A DNA stretch of 64,000 bases. Source: Patescibacteria group bacterium. GTDB lineage: Bacteria; Patescibacteriota; Minisyncoccia; Phycocordibacterales; SIBU01. Shown one piece after another: positions 57,581-64,000 of this stretch. The translations under genes were made by a program, and so were the position numbers. The notes beneath the pieces are model-generated. The model worked only from the letters and a program-made list of their open reading frames with translations, was not told the DNA's origin and searched no databases. The stretch's first letter is position 1. Every line of letters begins with the position of its first letter. Location of the stretch: positions 101,113 to 165,112 of the forward strand of contig JAZJZC010000002.1 of the NCBI GenBank assembly GCA_040390045.1, written 5' to 3'.

Positions 57581-57614
57581 TGTTATCGGCAGTTTAGCGT
57601 TCGATTGAAATTTT

Positions 57615-58118
57615 ATGTCCAAACATTCATGTGTTGGGATAGCTTTCCGGTTACGATCAGGAGCATCGGTAGCCAGAGCTGAGGTTATGCTCGTTTGCCA
57701 AGGTGTTAGGGAAGGTGACAGCAAAGAGCCATGGCACTGGCAATTGCCGGGCGGCAAATGTTGCAAAGACAAAACCAAAGGGGACAATTGTTGCCCTGAG
57801 GAGCCAGTTGTCACGATGGCGCGCGAGTGGGGAGAGGAAGTCGGGGGAACAATTCGCATTGTCAAAGAGGTGCGAGCTGATCATCGGAAAAGTCCGATAA
57901 GTGGGGAACCCTTCATCTGGTACGTCTACCTTGTGGAAATTCTTGAACTCCCGACGGTTAATGAGGTGACACTAGCGGGGGAGCAATCACCACAGTGGTG
58001 GCCGGTGCAAAATTTACCGGAAAATCTGTTTCCATCGCACCGGTCGGTCATCTGTCGTACCTTTGCATACGTTAGCTTCAACAAACTCTTTACGACGGGT
58101 GTTTTGGTGACTCAATAA
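57615..58118 (+). CDS. NUDIX hydrolase with Cys-rich insert
   Basis: WQLPGGK...EEPVVTMAREWGEEVG; 'LPENLFPSHR'. Confidence 0.8.
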   Translation: MSKHSCVGIAFRLRSGASVARAEVMLVCQGVREGDSKEPWHWQLPGGKCCKDKTKGDNCCPEEPVVTMAREWGEEVGGTIRIVKEVRADHRKSPISGEPFIWYVYLVEILELPTVNEVTLAGEQSPQWWPVQNLPENLFPSHRSVICRTFAYVSFNKLFTTGVLVTQ

Positions 58119-58216
58119 TTTTTCAGGCCCTTCAATTTATTTGGAGGGCTTTTTCTTGACATAATTAAAATAATGTGTAAATATCCGCTTTAGTACACAT
58201 TGCAGAAAGGCTTTTT

Positions 58217-58687
58217 GTGGTAATGCAACGAAGCACGTTTTTCATTAAACCGGAGGCGGAGAGGTTTTCCAAACAGATTCTCGGGTTGATTGAGGCTTCG
58301 GGGTTGAGAATCGTTCGGAGAGACCGATTTCGTCTTACGGAAAAAGTTTTACGAACACTCTATCATCGACTGACCCTCGATGAGGAACATCGGTTAATTT
58401 GGGAACAAACCCAACAACAGCTTATCGGTCAGGAGGTGGTGATGGGGATTGTCGAAGGTGAAGGCGCGATCGATCGGTTGTTCTTTTTGTGTGGCGAATC
58501 GACTGTGCCAAGCAAGTGCAACTCAAAGAGTATTCGGTTTTATTTTGCCGATGCGATAAAGCTCCAGCCGGTTAGTTGTGGTAAATACTTTTATTGGGCT
58601 AACGGCATCCACCGCGCCAAAACTCCAGACGAAGTTAAGCGAGATCTCGGGCTCTTTTTCCCCGATGAGTTGCAAGCAGTAAGTTGA
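58217..58687 (+). CDS. Divergent nucleoside-diphosphate kinase-like protein
   Basis: TFFIKPE, GLRIV, LY, VEGEGAI, SIR..F, NGIH (catalytic His), terminal LFF. Confidence 0.75.
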   Translation: MVMQRSTFFIKPEAERFSKQILGLIEASGLRIVRRDRFRLTEKVLRTLYHRLTLDEEHRLIWEQTQQQLIGQEVVMGIVEGEGAIDRLFFLCGESTVPSKCNSKSIRFYFADAIKLQPVSCGKYFYWANGIHRAKTPDEVKRDLGLFFPDELQAVS

Positions 58688-58762
58688 ACAGTCCAAGTCG
58701 GGCTGTTTTTTATTTTTCTTATACACGCCACAAAAACCTCAATGTGGGTTATAATTCTTCAC

Positions 58763-59161
58763 ATGAGGCTCGTTCAAGTTCTCTGGTTTTATATTTTGTG
58801 GCACTATACGAAATCCTGGCAGGATGTCTTTCGAGTGATTTCAAACTATCTCTGGTTTGTCAGTAATTATTTTTCCATACAACTATTATCGAGAACGCTG
58901 TTTTCTCCGTGGCGCAGACTCTCTCTTTCTGGTGGCAAGGGTCAGGAGGATAGTTTTGTCGGAGCCTTACTCGTCAATACCATAATGAGAGTGGTTGGTT
59001 TTCTTATTCGATCTCTCACTATTTTCGCTGGTTGCATTGCGCTCCTACTCTCGGTTTTTGTCGCTGGCATATTTTTAATTTTGTGGCTCATTTTCCCGGT
59101 CGCTGTCTTTTTCTTATTTTTTGGAGGTTTGGGGAAAGTTTTGCAGGGTTTGTTGGGATGA
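58763..59161 (+). CDS. Hypothetical membrane protein coupled to Clp ATPase
   Basis: WHYT, NYFSI.LL.RTLFSPWRR, RVVGFLIR; ATGA overlap with next gene. Confidence 0.8.
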   Translation: MRLVQVLWFYILWHYTKSWQDVFRVISNYLWFVSNYFSIQLLSRTLFSPWRRLSLSGGKGQEDSFVGALLVNTIMRVVGFLIRSLTIFAGCIALLLSVFVAGIFLILWLIFPVAVFFLFFGGLGKVLQGLLG

Positions 59162-61683
59162 TTAATTACGTTATGAACCAAGACGGCATTAAAAAATCAA
59201 TAGACAATTTTTATCCCGCGATTGTATTCGATGCGTTTTTGAGTCGACAGACCAGAGAATCTATCGACCGGATTTTGAAAACATTTTTAATTTTGCTCTG
59301 TATTCCAGTGGCCTTTTGTATTCTGATTTCGATTGTTGAGCATTTTTCCTCGCAATATTCTTTTTTGGTTTTTCCAGCACAGGTTTCTTTTTGGGTTCAT
59401 CAAGTGACTGATCGATCCGATTTAATTTACGGAGTTTTCATGATGTTCCTATCTGTTTGGCTAATTTCGCAAGCCTTTCGGGCGTTTTACTATTCCTATT
59501 ATTTCAAAGGTTTTAAAACAAGAATGCCTGAGAGTCATTTGTCAGATGAGGCGCCAGCCATGACGTTCGAAGCGGCAAAAGTTTTATATGAATCCTATTC
59601 TTGTGGCGATTTGACTATGGGTTTTGTCAGATCAGATTTAGGTTTTCTTTCTTTAATTCGTTCGGGTGTTGGCAGAGATTTTCTAAACAATTTTTTTGCG
59701 CACCGGGTTGGAGTGGCGGATCCTTTGCATTGTTCGTTTAGTAAAAAGCCGGAAGAAGGTCCGGTGGGTCTCGCTGATGTTGCAGAAGCCCTTGCATCGA
59801 TGGATCAAGAATTTATGAAAGCTCTTGCGTTACAGGAAATTTCACCGAGAGATTTTTCCGGCGCGGCGCATTGGGTGGAACGGACAGAAATTTTTTTCCG
59901 AAGTCGAGACAGATTTTGGGGCAAGGATTCACTCGGGAAAATTCCTGGTATTGGCAAAGACTGGGCGTACGGCGGTTCTTACACGTTAGAAAAATTTGCG
60001 CATGATATTACGGAACGGGAAATTAGCGAGGAGGATGTGCGAAGTCACGAGAAAGAACTCGAGGAACTGGAAGCGGTACTCGCGCGCACCGGAGAGTCCA
60101 ACGTGCTTTTGGTGGCGGAAGAAGGCGGGGGAGCGCTTGATGTGGTGTTTGCCTTGGGCACAAAAATTTCTCGAGGAAATGTTTTGCCGGCGCTCGAACA
60201 TAAACGTCTATATCTTTTTGACACCAACGCATTTATCGCTTTTGTTAAGATCAAGGCAAAATTTGAATTTGAATTGTTACATATTTTAAACGAATCGGTT
60301 CATTCAGGTCACGTGATTTTTGTTGTTTCCGATTTGCCCAATTTTGTGGAGAGCGCAAAAAGTTTAGGTTCCGATGTCCTAGCGCTTCTTGATCCGTACT
60401 TGGCCCTGCCAAAGTTTCAGATGATTGCTATCTCAGACACTGGGGCTTTTCACCAAGGGCTCGAAGAGCAGGGAAAAATTTTGCACCGGTTTGAAAAAGT
60501 GTTGGTACAGGAGCGAGATGTGGCATCGACGATGAAAGTTTTGGAAGATCGAGCAATTTTGGAAGAGGGAAAGGGTGATGTTTATTTTACATACCAAAGT
60601 TTGGAGGCTGTGGCTGACGGAGCGAAACGATATTTTACTGAAGGTGTACTTTCCGACAAGGCGTTGCACCTTTTGGCAGAACTGGTGCCAGCCGTTGAAG
60701 CCAAAGGAAAAAAGTTTGTTGAGCGAGCCGATGTTTTGAGTTTGATTCAATCAAAAACTGGCATCAAAACTGGCGCTATCGCAGGGCAGGAAAAAGACAC
60801 ACTGTTAAATCTTGAGGCTATTTTGCACAAACGCGTTGTCGGTCAGGAAGAGGCGGTGAAAGTTATTTCGGATTCAATGCGTCGCGCTCGATCGGATATC
60901 GAAAATCCAGAACGTCCGATGGGTTCATTCTTGTTTTTAGGGCCGACAGGTGTTGGAAAAACTGAAACTACCAAAGCGTTGGCCGCAGTCTTTTTTGGCA
61001 ACGAAGATTCTATTATTCGATTCGATATGTCCGAGTTCCATTCGCCTGACGCCATCACGCGGCTTATTGGATCATCTGAAAGTGGCAAGGCAGGAGTGCT
61101 GTCGTCAAAACTGCGCGAACAATCCTACGGAGTTTTGCTTCTCGATGAATTTGAAAAAGCGAACAGTGAAGTGCACAATCTTTTTCTCCAGATTTTAGAC
61201 GAAGGATTTTTCTCAGACATGTCAGGCAAAAAAGTGAATGCCAGAAATCTTATTATCGTCGCCACTTCAAACGCGGGGAGCGATTTAATTTGGAAATTGA
61301 TGCAAGAAGGGAAGGATTTGACGGCCAACAAAAATGAAGTGATTAATGCGATTATCGGTCAGGGAGTTTTCAAGCCGGAACTTCTGAACCGATTTGATGG
61401 CGTGGTACTGTTCCACCCACTTTCTCCCGCGCACTTACAAAAAATTGCCAATTTTATGTTGCAAAAATTACAAAAGCGTTTGGCGGAAAAGGGAATTGAA
61501 CTGGTGATTAATGATGTACTTTTGGCGGCGGTGATGAAGGCGGGAGTTGATCCACAATTCGGTGCGCGTCCGATGAACCGCGCTATTCAAGAAAAAGTGG
61601 AGCAGGCGGTGGCGCAGAGAATGATTGCGGGAACGGCGAAGTCGGGAACGAGAGTTGAGTTAACACCTGAGGAATTGGTATAA
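59158..61683 (+). CDS. ClpA/ClpB-like AAA+ ATPase with N-terminal TM helices and degenerate first NBD
   Basis: D2: RVVGQEEAV, FLFLGPTGVGKTE, RFDMSEF, LLDEFEKA, PELLNRFD, FGARP; D1 Walker A reads AEEGGGAL. Confidence 0.88.
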   Translation: MINYVMNQDGIKKSIDNFYPAIVFDAFLSRQTRESIDRILKTFLILLCIPVAFCILISIVEHFSSQYSFLVFPAQVSFWVHQVTDRSDLIYGVFMMFLSVWLISQAFRAFYYSYYFKGFKTRMPESHLSDEAPAMTFEAAKVLYESYSCGDLTMGFVRSDLGFLSLIRSGVGRDFLNNFFAHRVGVADPLHCSFSKKPEEGPVGLADVAEALASMDQEFMKALALQEISPRDFSGAAHWVERTEIFFRSRDRFWGKDSLGKIPGIGKDWAYGGSYTLEKFAHDITEREISEEDVRSHEKELEELEAVLARTGESNVLLVAEEGGGALDVVFALGTKISRGNVLPALEHKRLYLFDTNAFIAFVKIKAKFEFELLHILNESVHSGHVIFVVSDLPNFVESAKSLGSDVLALLDPYLALPKFQMIAISDTGAFHQGLEEQGKILHRFEKVLVQERDVASTMKVLEDRAILEEGKGDVYFTYQSLEAVADGAKRYFTEGVLSDKALHLLAELVPAVEAKGKKFVERADVLSLIQSKTGIKTGAIAGQEKDTLLNLEAILHKRVVGQEEAVKVISDSMRRARSDIENPERPMGSFLFLGPTGVGKTETTKALAAVFFGNEDSIIRFDMSEFHSPDAITRLIGSSESGKAGVLSSKLREQSYGVLLLDEFEKANSEVHNLFLQILDEGFFSDMSGKKVNARNLIIVATSNAGSDLIWKLMQEGKDLTANKNEVINAIIGQGVFKPELLNRFDGVVLFHPLSPAHLQKIANFMLQKLQKRLAEKGIELVINDVLLAAVMKAGVDPQFGARPMNRAIQEKVEQAVAQRMIAGTAKSGTRVELTPEELV

Positions 61684-61708
61684 AAAAACTCTTCCCACAA
61701 GGAAAGAG

Positions 61709-62260
61709 TTACTCATTCAAGGTCGCACGAGGTGGTCCGCCCAACCTTCGAGCCTCAAGGGTCCTTAAATCTTTTCCGGTCGCCGGTAGTTCGACTGCAG
61801 GAGCGTTGGTTGTTTGCGGCGAATTGAGATCGCTGAGATCAACCAAGGAAACTCCAGTGTCATCCTTGTTTGCCACAACGACATGGCCCACTATAGATGC
61901 CGGCACCGACCGCGAAAGGTTGTATATTTTGCTTTCGCCATTCGGTGAGAACTCTTTGCTTCCTGGATTGAGTTCCAAGGGTTGGAGTCCGACGAGATAG
62001 TCGAAGCTGGTTGATCCCCGGTTGCGAAAGGCAAAAGTCACTTTGTAAAAGCCTTTCTGCTCGAGAGCGGTCTCGGGTGCAGGTAACCCTAGGTGTTCTT
62101 TTTTTTCGTGTACTCCCAACAAAAGTACTAAAAATAGTTGAGCTAAGACTCCCAAGCCGACGGGGATAATTCGATTGGGGCGGCCTTCGAGACGTGAAGC
62201 AAAAACTATGTACAGTGAAGTCGCGGCAATTCCTAGCAAGAGTAAGTTATATGAGTTCAT
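61709..62260 (-). CDS. Hypothetical membrane protein
   Basis: Two N-terminal TMs; TTGACA upstream; hairpin at its end. Confidence 0.65.
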   Translation of the reverse strand: MNSYNLLLLGIAATSLYIVFASRLEGRPNRIIPVGLGVLAQLFLVLLLGVHEKKEHLGLPAPETALEQKGFYKVTFAFRNRGSTSFDYLVGLQPLELNPGSKEFSPNGESKIYNLSRSVPASIVGHVVVANKDDTGVSLVDLSDLNSPQTTNAPAVELPATGKDLRTLEARRLGGPPRATLNE

Positions 62261-62369
62261 TTTTTACGATTCAAATTTCTTCTGTTTTCCACACTACTAT
62301 TTAATTTGGTTTTTGTCAAATAATTTGTCAAAAAAATGCCCCGATGGACATCGGGACAACCTTGAGAAT

Positions 62370-62723
62370 TTACGGCTCGAGAAGCGGTTGGTTTAAGCTG
62401 TTTGCCAGTTCACGCAGAGTAACCACAGCAGAATCAATTTGAACAACTAGCCCGCAAGTTTGGCAATGCAAAACCCTGACGAGTGGGGAACGATTTACCA
62501 ACTGTATCCTTCCTGGTGCACACGAGTGGGCAAAGGTACTCTCTGCAATTGTCCGGATTTGCCGCACCTCGTGGGTATTTGTCTCGAGTGGTTTTCCCCA
62601 AACAAGAAGGTCTCCATCGCCGTTTGGCAGTCTGATTTTGGCGATGAGCCGCTGGCCTCCATTTTGTCTTTGCATAATCTTGGATCTGAAACTTTCGGCA
62701 CTGTAACACGACCTTTTCCGCAT
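62370..62723 (-). CDS. Hypothetical protein with possible Zn site (HSC...CQTC)
   Basis: ORF followed by a hairpin near 62337-62358; start uncertain (62675 or 62723). Confidence 0.45.
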   Translation of the reverse strand: MRKRSCYSAESFRSKIMQRQNGGQRLIAKIRLPNGDGDLLVWGKPLETNTHEVRQIRTIAESTFAHSCAPGRIQLVNRSPLVRVLHCQTCGLVVQIDSAVVTLRELANSLNQPLLEP

Positions 62724-62751
62724 ATCAAATAGGTGTGGTAGAGTGTCGTTT

Positions 62752-63750
62752 ATGAATCAAGGATTTTGGGAAAAATTGAAGAAACCTATTATGGTCTTGG
62801 CGCCAATGGCGGATGTGACTGATGCGGCCTTTCGACGTTTAATAGCAAAATATGGTCGGCCGGACGTTACCTGGACTGAGTTTGTTTCGGCCGATGGACT
62901 TTGTCACCCCGATGGAAGAAAAAAACTTTTGATTGATTTGGCGTACACTGAAGCTGAACGTCCGATCGTGGCCCAGCTTTTTTCTGGCAATCCGGAAAAA
63001 ATGTTTGAAGCGGCAAAGCTTGTTCGTGAGCTCGGTTTCGACGGGCTTGATATCAATATGGGCTGTCCTGATCGTTCGATTGAAAAATCCGGCGCGGGAG
63101 CAATTTTAATTAAAAATCCCGCCCAAGCTAGGGCTGTAATTCGTGCAGCCAAGGAGGGCGCGGGAGGATTACCGGTGTCGGTCAAAACCCGCATTGGATA
63201 TAACAAAAATGAATTGGAAACTTGGCTTCCAGAACTTTTGGAAGAACATCCGGCGGTAGTCACGATTCACGCGCGAACTCGAAAAGAAATGTCGCTTGTG
63301 CCTGCGCGTTGGGAGCATGTGAAGCGGGCGGTAGAAATTCGCAACGAATTAAAAAGTGAGACGCTGATTTTTGGCAATGGTGATGTTTTAAATTTAGATG
63401 ATGCTCGGGCCAAGGTGCACGAAACTGGATGCGATGGGGTGATGCTTGGGAGGGCAATTTTTGGCAACCCGTTTCTTTTTTCTGACTTAAGAAAAAAGAA
63501 ACGTCCTGAGGCTTCCGAAGGGCAGCCACAAATGGAAAGTGTGTCTGGACGTCTTCAAGTAATGCTCGAACACACCAAACTTTTCGATGAACTTTTTCAT
63601 GGTATTAAAAATTTCGCCATTATGAAAAAACATTATAAAGCGTACGTTCAGGGTTTTGATGGATCAAAGGAGTTACGAATTAAACTGATGGAGGCGGAAA
63701 ATGTGGCTGATGTTGAGAGGGTGGTAACGGAGTATCTCAAAAGTCTATAG
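62752..63750 (+). CDS. tRNA-dihydrouridine synthase (DusB-like)
   Basis: LAPMADVTD, TEFVS, DINMGCP, VSVKTRIG, IHARTR, GNGDV, DGVMLGR, MKKH. Confidence 0.93.
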   Translation: MNQGFWEKLKKPIMVLAPMADVTDAAFRRLIAKYGRPDVTWTEFVSADGLCHPDGRKKLLIDLAYTEAERPIVAQLFSGNPEKMFEAAKLVRELGFDGLDINMGCPDRSIEKSGAGAILIKNPAQARAVIRAAKEGAGGLPVSVKTRIGYNKNELETWLPELLEEHPAVVTIHARTRKEMSLVPARWEHVKRAVEIRNELKSETLIFGNGDVLNLDDARAKVHETGCDGVMLGRAIFGNPFLFSDLRKKKRPEASEGQPQMESVSGRLQVMLEHTKLFDELFHGIKNFAIMKKHYKAYVQGFDGSKELRIKLMEAENVADVERVVTEYLKSL

Positions 63751-63834
63751 GTTGTTGTTTGTTACGGTGACTTGTGTTATTTTGCTTTTTCTTGTAAAAT
63801 GTCGTTCTTGCTTTAAGGTGATGGCAAATCAAAT

Positions 63835-63905
63835 AGCGGGGTAGAGTAACAGTAATTCGCAAGGCTCATAACCTTGAGATTCCCGTGCAAATCGGGACCC
63901 CGCAA
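63835..63905 (+). tRNA. tRNA-Met(CAT), probably initiator
   Basis: GCGGGG/CCCCGC acceptor with 1:72 mismatch, A11:U24, CAAGG-CTCATAA-CCTTG, T arm TCCCG-TGCAAAT-CGGGA; CCA not encoded. Confidence 0.85.
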
Positions 63906-64000
63906 CAAGTTAAGAAAGACATCACAACTTTATTGTGGTGTTTTTCTTTGCCAAAAAGTTTTTGTTTTTAGCGAAATTTTGTGTATTATAGAGTCCATTA

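Overview
Bacterial chromosomal window, most likely from a Candidate Phyla Radiation/Patescibacteria (Parcubacteria-like) genome. This is inferred from the many type IV pilus genes with no PilQ in view, the short pheS/pheT/tsf, the near absence of metabolic genes and the giant GxVGIGT-repeat protein; TGA is used as a stop, so code 11. Positions 1-30.5 kb hold two type IV filament loci. One is a minus-strand ComGA/GB-like cluster with an LVIVD-repeat pilin. The other is comF-pilM-(2,927-aa S74-chaperone fibre)-pilN-pilO-pilB-receiver-pilT-pilC-pilins-pilD-minor pilins. The rest is housekeeping genes (ligA, gatCA, rplY, rpmE, prfA, rpsB, tsf, tRNA-Thr, pheST, gyrB, thrS, a Clp ATPase, dus, tRNA-fMet) interleaved with single orphan genes. 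The most striking unexplained signal is about 15 short-period (mostly 7-nt) tandem-repeat arms, usually paired as inverted repeats. They sit at gene junctions, inside prepilin leader peptides and in frame inside pheS, and one encloses a four-helix-bundle (IVS/Avd-like) gene, suggesting a family of hairpin-forming elements with cargo-bearing and empty members. Other points: a GIY-YIG pseudogene missed by the ORF track and bracketed by 28-bp inverted repeats, an orphan pilin C-terminal fragment, DnaA boxes before the major pilin genes, compositional mosaicism in the giant fibre gene and a T9 frameshift. All calls were made by eye; no database searches were run.
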